The notes under the pieces are model-generated. The model did not search any database. It was not told the origin of the DNA and worked only from the letters and a program-made list of their open reading frames with translations. The translations under genes were made by a program, and so were the position numbers. Shown piece by piece: positions 8,949-17,510 of a DNA stretch of 64,000 nt (position 1 is the first letter of the stretch; each line of letters begins with the position of its first letter). The DNA comes from Phycisphaerae bacterium (GTDB taxonomy: Bacteria; Planctomycetota; Phycisphaerae; Phycisphaerales; SM1A02), in contig JABIWU010000051.1 of assembly GCA_018701395.1 (NCBI GenBank), forward strand, positions 895-64,894, written 5' to 3'.

Positions 8949-9635
8949 CTATTTGTAGAGACTTTGGTAAGCATCCTTTAGATCGCTTCCGTTAGCGATT
9001 TTAGTTTTGGCCCATTCAGCGCCAATTGCGTAAATCCTAGACCGAACATCTTCCGCGATTGCATCATTTCTGTTCACAGAACCTGGCAAAACAATCACAC
9101 GGTAGAACTCAGTATTATCGCCCGAAAACGCATATGTTTCAAGCCCTTTTTCTCTGCAGAACGACGCTAATTGCATTGCACCCACTTTGGAGGTCTCAAT
9201 CAGCGTGAAATAATTCGAGCCCTTCACCCTTGGGTCACTCTCGACCACACCCCAACCCGCAGGGCCAGCAATTGCTTGCGGCTGTTTCTGAGGTGTTTCT
9301 GGCAGTTTTAGCGAGGAATTGAAGTTTTTAACCTCTGGTTGCGCAGGCGTTTCCACCTCTTCAAACAATCGATTTCCATAATCTTCTCGAGCAATGGCAG
9401 AGCCACGCCTGAAACCCATTGTGTAGGAAACAACTATCAACGCAACGCTGACGGCAAGAATCACGCCAATTGTTCCAATTGACATCCTGACAGAACGCCC
9501 TGGCGTTAGAACGTTTCGTTCTAGATGCTCATCCTGTTCTTGCTCTGGATTACTGCATTCACTACGTAATGCTTTACCCGCTGGTTTATTAGCTGAAATT
9601 AACTCGTACAGTGCTAGACCTTTTTTGCTATTCAT
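8949..9635 (-). CDS. Single-pass membrane protein with C-terminal SPOR-like domain
   Basis: TM helix IGVILAVSVALIVVSYTMGF. The C-terminal NYFTLIETSKVGAMQLASFCREKGLETYAF...FYRVIVLPGSVNRNDA resembles SPOR peptidoglycan-binding repeats. The ATG at 9635 overlaps the acpS stop (ATGA). Confidence 0.5.
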   Translation of the reverse strand: MNSKKGLALYELISANKPAGKALRSECSNPEQEQDEHLERNVLTPGRSVRMSIGTIGVILAVSVALIVVSYTMGFRRGSAIAREDYGNRLFEEVETPAQPEVKNFNSSLKLPETPQKQPQAIAGPAGWGVVESDPRVKGSNYFTLIETSKVGAMQLASFCREKGLETYAFSGDNTEFYRVIVLPGSVNRNDAIAEDVRSRIYAIGAEWAKTKIANGSDLKDAYQSLYK

Positions 9636-10021
9636 AGGTTGCCTCCAATTCCAATAACACTCGCCATTGCCATGCCGCCTGCGTGGGATAAACTTAATCG
9701 CCACTCAGTAATACCTTGCTTTTCTGCTATTTCTGCTGCTCGACCCGAAAGCGCTATCATCGGTGGTCCGTCCTCTCGCCAAACGCCAATATCAGACCAC
9801 GTGATACCTCCTGAAAGCCCCGTTCCAAGCGCTTTAAGAACTGCCTCTTTTGCAGCATAGCGAGCAGCAAATCGTTCGGCTCGAATTTCTTTCGATGAAA
9901 CATCAGCTGCTTCTTGCTCAATTTTTGTAAAGCATCGGTTGATAAAATTATCTCCATGTGATTCAAGCATCGTCGCAACACGTGCCACATCTGTAATGTC
10001 AATGCCATGGGTAAGTATCAT
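9632..10021 (-). CDS. acpS: Holo-[acyl-carrier-protein] synthase
   Basis: 129 aa with MILTHGIDITDV, FAARYAAKEAVLKALGTG and SLSHAGGMAMA. The start overlaps the moaB stop (ATGA). Confidence 0.85.
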   Translation of the reverse strand: MILTHGIDITDVARVATMLESHGDNFINRCFTKIEQEAADVSSKEIRAERFAARYAAKEAVLKALGTGLSGGITWSDIGVWREDGPPMIALSGRAAEIAEKQGITEWRLSLSHAGGMAMASVIGIGGNL

Positions 10022-10533
10022 TCAACCACCTCCAACGTGCTGACTTCAAGTAAATGCCCTAGTTGTGGAGCGATTAATTTTGAAACTGCAAGCGTTACTG
10101 CTTTTGGCGATCCCGGTAATAAAAAGATTGGTGTTCGCTTTGTGCCATTATCAATCCAGCCTGCAACTGCTCTGCTTAACATTGCACTTGCACCAATTTC
10201 TTCATAACTTAATTGTCTAAAGAGTTCACCAAAGCCTGGCAAAACAGATGCCAACAATGGGACGATGGTGTCTGGAGTAATGTCTCTTCGTGCTGGTCCA
10301 GTTCCTCCAGTCACAATTATTGCATCGACGAATTGGTCACTTGACCATGCTGAAACGAGCGTTGCAATCTCTACTGGAACATCTCGAACGATTTCTCGTT
10401 TAACAACCAAATGCCCTGCCGTTTGCAGTTCTGAAATTGCAAGCGAGCCTGAAACATCCTCTTCAAGTGTGCGCGTATCACTTACTGTCAGAAGCGCAAC
10501 CCTTGCATTAGTATGTGATGTTTCATGCGGCAT
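10018..10533 (-). CDS. moaB: Molybdenum cofactor biosynthesis protein B
   Basis: VALLTVSDTR, IIVTGGTGPARRDITPD, LPGFGELFRQLSYEEIG, LLPGSPKAV. The ATG at 10533 (MPHETS...) is preferred; the upstream 60 codons of the ORF look non-coding. Confidence 0.8.
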   Translation of the reverse strand: MPHETSHTNARVALLTVSDTRTLEEDVSGSLAISELQTAGHLVVKREIVRDVPVEIATLVSAWSSDQFVDAIIVTGGTGPARRDITPDTIVPLLASVLPGFGELFRQLSYEEIGASAMLSRAVAGWIDNGTKRTPIFLLPGSPKAVTLAVSKLIAPQLGHLLEVSTLEVVE

Positions 10534-10546
10534 AGTTGTATAGTAC

Positions 10547-11224
10547 CTAAGGACCTGCGACTTGCCATGCCTTGACAAAACTAAGTGTATCGTCGCAATC
10601 GCAATCAAGAATTGCCATAGGATTCCAACGCATCGCGTCGAGAACACCTCGTAACTCGCGAAGCACCATCCTAGTACCTTCATATTCAAGCGATGTTTCA
10701 TCGACAATTTCACCGCGTAATCGAATTGCCAACGGAGCGTGATTTGCCTTTACTAATGCCAATAGTGGATTTTCTTCTTTTGAAAGTAGTGCAAGGGGGA
10801 GATGCCATCCAACTTGCGGGTCTTGCGGTGGATTTGTGCCATGAGACGAAAGCAAAACGCCCGATTGCTGCCCGATTGAAATTGCACTTTCTGTAATTTC
10901 ACTTTCTTTTGCCATTCGTGTTCCAACAGGAACGTTACCAACAACTTCAGCTATTGCAACAGCTCTCGAAAAAGCGTCTAGTGTTCGTTCTGGTGCCTCT
11001 TCCCACATCTCTGGTGACACTAAAAAATCTACACCGCACGCTCGAACACCAAGACCGCGCATTGTTGCCGCTACATCTCGCAATCCAGATTCTGTCATAT
11101 CCACAAAATCATCGTGCAGTGCATCGAGTTGAACGCACCGGACACCGTTGCTTGCAATCTGTTTCAATACTTTTTTTGCGGAACCAGTATTGGTTCTCAT
11201 TGAAACTGCTATCACTTGTTCCAT
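10547..11224 (-). CDS. Hypothetical protein, possibly xylose-isomerase-like TIM-barrel (sugar phosphate isomerase/epimerase family)
   Basis: About 225-aa ORF with TIM-barrel-like alternation (GVRCVQLDA..., GVRACGVDFLV...). No catalytic motif was recognised with certainty and the start is uncertain (11224 or 11242). Confidence 0.4.
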   Translation of the reverse strand: MEQVIAVSMRTNTGSAKKVLKQIASNGVRCVQLDALHDDFVDMTESGLRDVAATMRGLGVRACGVDFLVSPEMWEEAPERTLDAFSRAVAIAEVVGNVPVGTRMAKESEITESAISIGQQSGVLLSSHGTNPPQDPQVGWHLPLALLSKEENPLLALVKANHAPLAIRLRGEIVDETSLEYEGTRMVLRELRGVLDAMRWNPMAILDCDCDDTLSFVKAWQVAGP

Positions 11225-11244
11225 GCGTGTAAGATAGTACATAT

Positions 11245-11691
11245 ATGGTTCAAGAAACGAAGATACAAATAACTTTTGAGCACCAATCAATTGACGTCGA
11301 GAAAGCTAGCGCACTGCCATCTATTGGTTGTGGAGGAGAATGTATCTTTGTCGGCAGGACTCGACCTGAAAAAAACCAAACACACGGAGCGCTTATGGCT
11401 CTTTCCTATGATTGTTACGAAGAAATGGCAGAGCGAGAACTAAGAAAACTAGCGGAAGAAGCAATCAATCGATTTGAAGTTCGGCATGTTCGTATTACCC
11501 ATAGTGTTGCAACAGTTCCAGTAGATGAAGCGAGTGTCGTCATCGCAGTAAGTAGCGACCACCGAGACGATGCTTTTACAGCGTGCAAGTTTTTAATAGA
11601 TTTGCTAAAACAACGAGTACCGATTTGGAAACAAGAAATGTGGGAAGACGGAACCACATGGTCAACAGGAACTCCGCTCGTAACGGCATGA
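11245..11691 (+). CDS. moaE: Molybdopterin synthase catalytic subunit
   Basis: GECIFVGRTR..., VRITHSVATVPVDEASVVIAVSSDHRDDAFTACKFLIDLLKQRVPIWKQE is the typical MoaE C-terminal pattern. Confidence 0.8.
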   Translation: MVQETKIQITFEHQSIDVEKASALPSIGCGGECIFVGRTRPEKNQTHGALMALSYDCYEEMAERELRKLAEEAINRFEVRHVRITHSVATVPVDEASVVIAVSSDHRDDAFTACKFLIDLLKQRVPIWKQEMWEDGTTWSTGTPLVTA

Positions 11692-11960
11692 GCAGAATCA
11701 AATTATTTCAACTACTCGCACTCATTGGTGTCGTAGGTTTCGTTATTGACTTCGCATGGATTGTGCCTAAAGCCAAAGCTCTTTTTGAACAAAGCGCGTT
11801 TCTCGTTGAAGACGGTCTCCCTGAAGAATCTGCGAATTACCGCGACGAGGCAAGGCAGTTAACCAACTTCATTATGCCTATTGCATTACTTGCTACTGCA
11901 TTCATCGCACCTTTAAATGTCTATTTAATTTCAAGAGGTTTAAAAAAGTATGCAAAATAA
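11688..11960 (+). CDS. Small two-TM membrane protein, unknown function
   Basis: MSRIKLFQLLALIGVVGFVIDF... and a second hydrophobic segment IMPIALLATAFIAPLNVYLI. The ATG overlaps the moaE stop (ATGA). Confidence 0.5.
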   Translation: MSRIKLFQLLALIGVVGFVIDFAWIVPKAKALFEQSAFLVEDGLPEESANYRDEARQLTNFIMPIALLATAFIAPLNVYLISRGLKKYAK

Positions 11961-12591
11961 TTCTAAGCGATCGCAAAAAATATTTAAAGAGTTGCAAGAA
12001 CGATATCCCAATGCGCATTGTGCCCTTGATTACAACTCGCCATTAGAATTGTTATTCGCAACTATTCTATCTGCACAGTCGACCGACGTTGGAGTAAATA
12101 AAGCGACACCAAAATTGTTCAAAGCATTCCCTACTGTCCAAGCGTATGCAGAAGCAACCCCCGAAGAAATCGAACCATACATTGCAACGATTGGGCTTTT
12201 TCGCGGGAAGGCAAAATCGCTTCACACTTCAGCAACAATGATCGTGAATGATTTTGACGGAGAGGTCCCTAATAACATGGAAGACCTAATCAAATTACGT
12301 GGGGTAGCAAGAAAGACAGCGAATGTTGTTCTAGGCAATGCATTTAATAAAAATGAAGGCGTTGTTGTCGACACACATGTCGGCAGGCTTGCACAACGAT
12401 TTGGTTTTACTGCAGAAACGAAACCAGATAAAATCGAAAAAGATTTGATGCAATTATTTCCACAAGAAGACTGGACACTGCTCAGTCATTTACTTGTTTG
12501 GCACGGGCGGGCTGTTTGCAAAAAACGAGGCGGTACGTGCAGTGAAGATGCCATCTGCAAAGCCTATTGTTCCAATGCGAACATTTCTTAA
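11950..12591 (+). CDS. nth: Endonuclease III (HhH-GPD DNA glycosylase/AP lyase)
   Basis: ELLFATILSAQSTD, LRGVARKTANVVL, VDTHVGR, and a C-terminal four-Cys cluster CKKRGGTCSEDAICKAYC. Confidence 0.9.
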   Translation: MQNNSKRSQKIFKELQERYPNAHCALDYNSPLELLFATILSAQSTDVGVNKATPKLFKAFPTVQAYAEATPEEIEPYIATIGLFRGKAKSLHTSATMIVNDFDGEVPNNMEDLIKLRGVARKTANVVLGNAFNKNEGVVVDTHVGRLAQRFGFTAETKPDKIEKDLMQLFPQEDWTLLSHLLVWHGRAVCKKRGGTCSEDAICKAYCSNANIS

Positions 12592-13988
12592 CGCATCCCT
12601 ACCACTCCGACATACCCTGCTTCAGAAACAAAAGCGACTGTCCCATTCAGAAGAGGAATTAACTGAAGAACCGGACCAGCAAGATTGAGGCTTGCTAATT
12701 CGATTAATGTGTTTTCTCTTGAAGTACCATAAACCACAATACCATCATCAGTGCCAAACCAAAAATTTCCTGAAATGGCCACGACGGTGCTAGCTCGCGA
12801 TGCTAATTCCAAGATTGTTTCATCACTTGATGTGAACAAATGCACTACTCCGTTCGCTTCATCTATAACCACTTCACTTCCTAACACCACACAATCAAAT
12901 GGCGTTTCTGCACTCTTTACACTCGTAGTACTCGTTGAAATGTTGTCGCCAAAACCGTAATAAACCGAGCCATCTTTTGTTGGTATTTGCACTCCACGGT
13001 TATCAAATTGTCCGGGACCCATTGTTCCATTGGCGGAGACAACTCTAAAAAGAGTTTCGCCAGCACCCCCACTATCGCCTTCGATTCTAAAGATACCTCT
13101 TCCAAAATCACCGCTTAGTGCAAAATAGTTTGATGCAAGCACACCAATAGTATTCACACCGCGTTGCTCAAAAGTTTTCAACAATCGTAATTCTTTTGGA
13201 GCGATTCCCAAAACAAATATGCCTTCTGAAGTTGTAATAAAAACTCGACTGCCACGAACAACTACCTCTGAATAGTCGCCTGGAAGTATTACTTTACTCT
13301 TATTTGTATCAACATCTTTCAATTCGCCAGATAGCAATCCGACTTCGGTTGCATCTTCCAGTTTACGCGTGTATACCAAAGTACCAGTTGGGGCATTTGC
13401 GGATGAATCAAGTAGCGCTAATTCTGTTGCTGAACCTAAAAATGTACCATTAATGCTATCGTATATTTTTCGATTTGAAACATACACAATGCCATTGTTC
13501 AAAGTATTCGAAACACTCGTAATAGTTGCGTCAGAAGAGGCAATAAGACTTCCATCTGTCAATCGCGTTGCCCCTCCATCTCCCATAACCACTGGGGAGC
13601 CACTGACAAGAGCAAGCCTGCGTGGGCGGAAGCCCAGTTCATTCGATGTGACCCTCTGGATAATTGAAGGAGAGTTGCTCTTCGAGATAGAGAGCACTAC
13701 TACTTCTTTTCCATCAATGAGGGCATACAACTGATCGGAATCGAGCAACATATCCGTACATACGCCACCGGCAGCACTGACTAATGAAATTGCAGCAACC
13801 TGATCTCCACCGTTTTTACTCAAGACGAGAAGCTCCTCGCCAACGGCTTGATACCAATAGTCATCACTAATAGCGAGCGCACTAGCTTGTCCGCCTGCGC
13901 TGTGAAGAACGACAAGTCCATCTCCAAAAGATTTTCTAGAGATGAGACATGAAAAAACGAGGCAAATTAGGATACAAATCTTTCGCAT
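12588..13988 (-). CDS. Hypothetical lipoprotein with beta-propeller-like repeats
   Basis: MRKICILICLVFSC is a lipobox-like signal from the ATG at 13988. The body has repeated short beta-strand motifs (VVVLSI, GIFVLGI, VYVSN). No family was assigned. Confidence 0.55.
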   Translation of the reverse strand: MRKICILICLVFSCLISRKSFGDGLVVLHSAGGQASALAISDDYWYQAVGEELLVLSKNGGDQVAAISLVSAAGGVCTDMLLDSDQLYALIDGKEVVVLSISKSNSPSIIQRVTSNELGFRPRRLALVSGSPVVMGDGGATRLTDGSLIASSDATITSVSNTLNNGIVYVSNRKIYDSINGTFLGSATELALLDSSANAPTGTLVYTRKLEDATEVGLLSGELKDVDTNKSKVILPGDYSEVVVRGSRVFITTSEGIFVLGIAPKELRLLKTFEQRGVNTIGVLASNYFALSGDFGRGIFRIEGDSGGAGETLFRVVSANGTMGPGQFDNRGVQIPTKDGSVYYGFGDNISTSTTSVKSAETPFDCVVLGSEVVIDEANGVVHLFTSSDETILELASRASTVVAISGNFWFGTDDGIVVYGTSRENTLIELASLNLAGPVLQLIPLLNGTVAFVSEAGYVGVVGMR

Positions 13989-14006
13989 TCGTATAATGAT
14001 ACACAT

Positions 14007-14330
14007 ATGAGTTCTCCAACAAATGACCGAATAAGCCAATTACGAAATCTTCTCGATAGCGACCCTCACGATGCATTTTGCATGTACGGAATCGCAATGG
14101 AACACGCAAAAGTCGGTTCACACGAAGAAGCCATCGCATGGTTTGATAGAACTATCGAAACAGACCCCGCCTATTGCTACGCTTGGTTCCACAAAGCAAA
14201 AAGTCAAGAATCTACAGGCAACGAAGCTGGCGCAATCAAAACGCTCGAAGAAGGTATTGTTCAAGCAAATACCCTTGGAGATACACATGCAGCAGAAGAA
14301 ATGGGCGGATTTCTACAATCTATAGTATGA
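14007..14330 (+). CDS. Tetratricopeptide-repeat protein
   Basis: 107 aa with a TPR-like pattern (DAFCMYGIAMEHAKVGSHEEAIAWFDRTIETDPAYCYAWFHKAKSQ). Confidence 0.65.
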   Translation: MSSPTNDRISQLRNLLDSDPHDAFCMYGIAMEHAKVGSHEEAIAWFDRTIETDPAYCYAWFHKAKSQESTGNEAGAIKTLEEGIVQANTLGDTHAAEEMGGFLQSIV

Positions 14331-14965
14331 CAGACCTTATTACTGCAATCGAACCATGTGAGGAAGACCCAAATTTTCGAGATATCTTTGTTCAAGGCAA
14401 ACTAGCAATGACATTAACGCTAGCAATGGTGGAACAGTTAGAGTTAACCGTTGAACAACCCTGGGATGATGAAAAAGCAAACGAGCTTAAAGTCTGCACA
14501 GCGATTGAACATGCAAGACATATCGCAATAGATTTAATTTCACGAAGAACTTGGGGCTGCAACGAAATGATTACTCGCCTTGTTAAGCGTGGAGCTGAAA
14601 AAGATATAGCCAAACAAACTGTCGACCAGTTAGTTGAAGATGGCTGGCTCGATGACCATTCATTCGCCTGTGCTTTAATTCGGCAATGGCTCCGCAAAGA
14701 ACCTGCAGGGCGAAGATGGTTATTGCACAAACTATATGAAAAAGAAATCCCTTCTGTTATCTCAAATGGTGCTCTTGACGAAGAATTGGCGGAGCAATCC
14801 GAACAAGATTTAGCAGATGCTTTTGCTAAGAAACGTATCCATAAAATTTCAGCAAGGGACGAAGAAACGCTCAAAAGAAAATTGTTGGCTGCTATGAATC
14901 GAAAGGGCTTTAACATAGATGTTGCCCTTGAAGCGTTCCGCAAAGCACAAAACAACACCGCTTAA
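14327..14965 (+). CDS. recX: RecA regulator RecX
   Basis: Three-helix repeats are typical of RecX (LISRRTWGCNEMITRLVKRGAEKDIAKQTVDQLVEDGWLDDHSFACALIRQ). The ATG at 14327 overlaps the TPR stop (ATGA). Confidence 0.7.
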   Translation: MTDLITAIEPCEEDPNFRDIFVQGKLAMTLTLAMVEQLELTVEQPWDDEKANELKVCTAIEHARHIAIDLISRRTWGCNEMITRLVKRGAEKDIAKQTVDQLVEDGWLDDHSFACALIRQWLRKEPAGRRWLLHKLYEKEIPSVISNGALDEELAEQSEQDLADAFAKKRIHKISARDEETLKRKLLAAMNRKGFNIDVALEAFRKAQNNTA

Positions 14966-14980
14966 TGCTACGATGTCAAT

Positions 14981-15301
14981 ATGACATCGAATGGAACAAA
15001 TCTACCTATTCAAATTACGTACAAAGACGCTCTACAACAACAAAATTCTGTGCTCATTGATTGCAGAACTGTTGAAGAGTTTGAATCAGGACATCTTGAG
15101 AACGCGAGTAATGTCCCTTTACAACATTTAACCATCTGCATTGATGACCTGCCTTGTAATTGTAAAGACACCATTTATGTATATTGCAAATCGGGCAATC
15201 GGTCTGGGACATTCGCGCTTTACCTTCGATCTCTTGGTTATACAAAATGCCAATCGATTGAAGGTGGATTTGAAGAATGGGGAGAACCAGAGCAATGTTA
15301 A
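14981..15301 (+). CDS. Rhodanese-like sulfurtransferase domain protein
   Basis: LIDCRTVEEFESGHLENASNVPL and the active-site loop YVYCKSGNRS. Confidence 0.8.
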   Translation: MTSNGTNLPIQITYKDALQQQNSVLIDCRTVEEFESGHLENASNVPLQHLTICIDDLPCNCKDTIYVYCKSGNRSGTFALYLRSLGYTKCQSIEGGFEEWGEPEQC

Positions 15302-16176
15302 AACATCGACTTATCACGGGGCCCCTGTTAAGTATTGCTCTCATTGCGTTGATGTATTTCGATAACCGTATTGGCGCAATTACATGCGAGTGCGGAACTT
15401 CCGTTCAATGCCTGTTACAACCTGGCTTGCTCATTGCATTACTTGCAATGGTCGCTGCGCCACTTGTAGCGCTTGAATTTGGCGCAATGGCAAATAACGC
15501 ATCCATTCGTTGCAGTATTCCCGCACTTATCCTTTCCATGGAAGCATGGATTATTGCAATGTACCTACTTCCTCCAACTATGCCAGCGACTAAAGCAATC
15601 GCAATGTTTGCAACAATCATGATTGCGAGTGTTGCTCTATCTATCATTTTGTTATCGAAAGGCAAGGATTTACGCGGCGTGATTGCTGGCTCTACCTATA
15701 CCGTTGCAACTGCAGCGTATGTCGCCATGGGCTTTGGCCTTTTATTACTCATCCGCCGTGACCATAGTGCTTGGTGGATCATTGGAATTATTGCAACTGT
15801 AAAAATGTGCGACACTGGGGCGTTTTTCGTTGGATGCAGTATTGGCAAAAGAAAAATGATTCCATGGGTTAGCCCTGCAAAATCGTGGGAAGGATTATTT
15901 GGCGGACTTGCAACAGCTTCCCTAACCGCCGTTGGACTTGCCGCACTCAATAACCAGTACTTGTCAAACGAACCAACAATTACCCTTGGATATGCTGCAT
16001 TTCTGGGAATTCTTTTTGGCGCAGTAGGCCAAATAGGTGACTTACTTATTAGCGTGTTCAAACGAGATAGTGGGATTAAAGACTCGTCTACTGTATTACC
16101 TGGACTAGGCGGAATTTTAGATGTACTTGACTCCCTACTTTTAGTTAGTGCCATTGCATACTGGTTACTCCCCTAG
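15295..16176 (+). CDS. cdsA: Phosphatidate cytidylyltransferase
   Basis: Multi-TM protein with the C-terminal signature SVFKRDSGIKDSSTVLPGLGGILDVLDS. The start is 15295 (MLKHRL) or 15277. Confidence 0.85.
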   Translation: MLKHRLITGPLLSIALIALMYFDNRIGAITCECGTSVQCLLQPGLLIALLAMVAAPLVALEFGAMANNASIRCSIPALILSMEAWIIAMYLLPPTMPATKAIAMFATIMIASVALSIILLSKGKDLRGVIAGSTYTVATAAYVAMGFGLLLLIRRDHSAWWIIGIIATVKMCDTGAFFVGCSIGKRKMIPWVSPAKSWEGLFGGLATASLTAVGLAALNNQYLSNEPTITLGYAAFLGILFGAVGQIGDLLISVFKRDSGIKDSSTVLPGLGGILDVLDSLLLVSAIAYWLLP

Positions 16177-16205
16177 CACGTCATACTCTGCTAGAATTAG
16201 ACACT

Positions 16206-16964
16206 ATGACTTTGATTGATAATCTGCTTACCCTTTACAAAGTTGACCGACAAGTTCGCAGTCTGCGAAGCCGAGTTGAATCAGCGCAAATTTACCTAAA
16301 AGTGCAAAACAGAGAAATGGACTCCATTACTCTTGAACGAACTGAAAACGAAGTACAGACGAAACAACGAAAAGCGAACATCGCAAATATTGAAACTGAA
16401 ATGGGTTCCGTTGATACACGCATCGACTACCTTCGTGAAGAGTTGAAAAAAGCAGTTAATGATAAGCAATACTCCGCTTTACTTGCCGAAGTAAATACCA
16501 TTAAAGAACTTCGAAAATCATTTGAAGAAGAAATTCTTATTGAAATGACTTCTGTCGAAGAGCTTGAACTAGCCGCTGCAGACATTTCGCAGCGAGCAGA
16601 CGAACGAGAAAAAGTTGAACAAGTGGCTGAAAACGAACTCAAAGTTCGAAAATCTGAAATTGCTGAGCAATTAGCGGAACTTGAAACAGAACGATCAACA
16701 GCTGCAGCCGTTATTCCAGAAGAAGCACTAAACGAATTTGATTCTTTAGCGGATGATTATGACGGTGAAGCAATGGCTGCTATCGAAATTATTGACCTCA
16801 AAAGAAAAGAATACTCTTGCACTGCATGCAGTCTTCGTCTCCCTCTTGAGTCAGTCACTTCAATGTTTGGCATTAAAGATAATTTCGTATCATGTGTATC
16901 ATGTGACAGAATTCTCTATCTTGAAGCGGAATCACGCGAAGCAATCGCCCCTACCGAAAAATAA
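16206..16964 (+). CDS. Coiled-coil / C4 zinc-ribbon protein (COG1579/DUF164-like)
   Basis: Long coiled coil followed by YSCTACSLRLP...VSCVSCDRILY (CxxC...CxxC). Confidence 0.7.
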   Translation: MTLIDNLLTLYKVDRQVRSLRSRVESAQIYLKVQNREMDSITLERTENEVQTKQRKANIANIETEMGSVDTRIDYLREELKKAVNDKQYSALLAEVNTIKELRKSFEEEILIEMTSVEELELAAADISQRADEREKVEQVAENELKVRKSEIAEQLAELETERSTAAAVIPEEALNEFDSLADDYDGEAMAAIEIIDLKRKEYSCTACSLRLPLESVTSMFGIKDNFVSCVSCDRILYLEAESREAIAPTEK

Positions 16965-17010
16965 GAAGCCCCCCCCCTAGGGTAATTAAAAGACATACAA
17001 TAATGGCACC

Positions 17011-17508
17011 ATGCTTTGCCCATACTGCGAAAGAGACGACGATAAGGTCATTGACAGCCGAGCATCTGATGTAGGCAAGTCGATTCGACGTCGACGTGAA
17101 TGCCAAAAGTGCAGCCGCAGGTTTACTACATTTGAGCGTGTCGAAAAAACGTCTCGCTTGATGGTCATAAAACGAGACGGTACTCGTACCCCTTTCGATC
17201 CCCAAAAAGTACTTAAAGGTCTGCAAGCAGCTTGTGGCAAGCGGCCAATTTCAGAAGAACAAAAAATTGCACTCGTGCGTGAAGTTGAAGAAGAACTCAT
17301 GCAACAATTTGAACGCGAAGTTCCCAGCAAAGAGGTCGGACTTCGAGTCGCAAGCCTTCTTAAAAATGTTGATCAAATTGTGTACATTAGGTACGCAAGC
17401 GAATATTTCAACTTCCAAGATTTGCAAGCGCTGTCTCGCGAAGTGAATGAACTTCAAGAGCAACCACCTATCATCCCAACCCAATCCGATCTTTTCAACA
17501 AGCAATAA
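17011..17508 (+). CDS. nrdR: Transcriptional repressor NrdR
   Basis: MLCPYCE...RRRECQKCSRRFTTFE zinc ribbon plus an ATP-cone (VIKRDGTRTPFDPQKV). Confidence 0.9.
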   Translation: MLCPYCERDDDKVIDSRASDVGKSIRRRRECQKCSRRFTTFERVEKTSRLMVIKRDGTRTPFDPQKVLKGLQAACGKRPISEEQKIALVREVEEELMQQFEREVPSKEVGLRVASLLKNVDQIVYIRYASEYFNFQDLQALSREVNELQEQPPIIPTQSDLFNKQ

Positions 17509-17510
17509 CT

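Noticed and set aside
10534-10713. N-terminal extensions of longest ORFs (moaB to 10713; also 24986-25150, 36570-36713, 14174-14326, 6310-6420, 41424-41504, 11583-11687)
   Set aside because: The extensions overlap the upstream gene in another frame, are hydrophobic or basic junk without homology pattern, and internal ATGs coincide with ATGA/TAATG coupling junctions or good Shine-Dalgarno sites.
14392-14958. 188-aa minus-strand ORF opposite recX; similarly 48122-48676 opposite the beta-helix gene and 50253-50612 opposite typA
   Set aside because: All are embedded in better-supported genes on the other strand and lack motifs or start signals.
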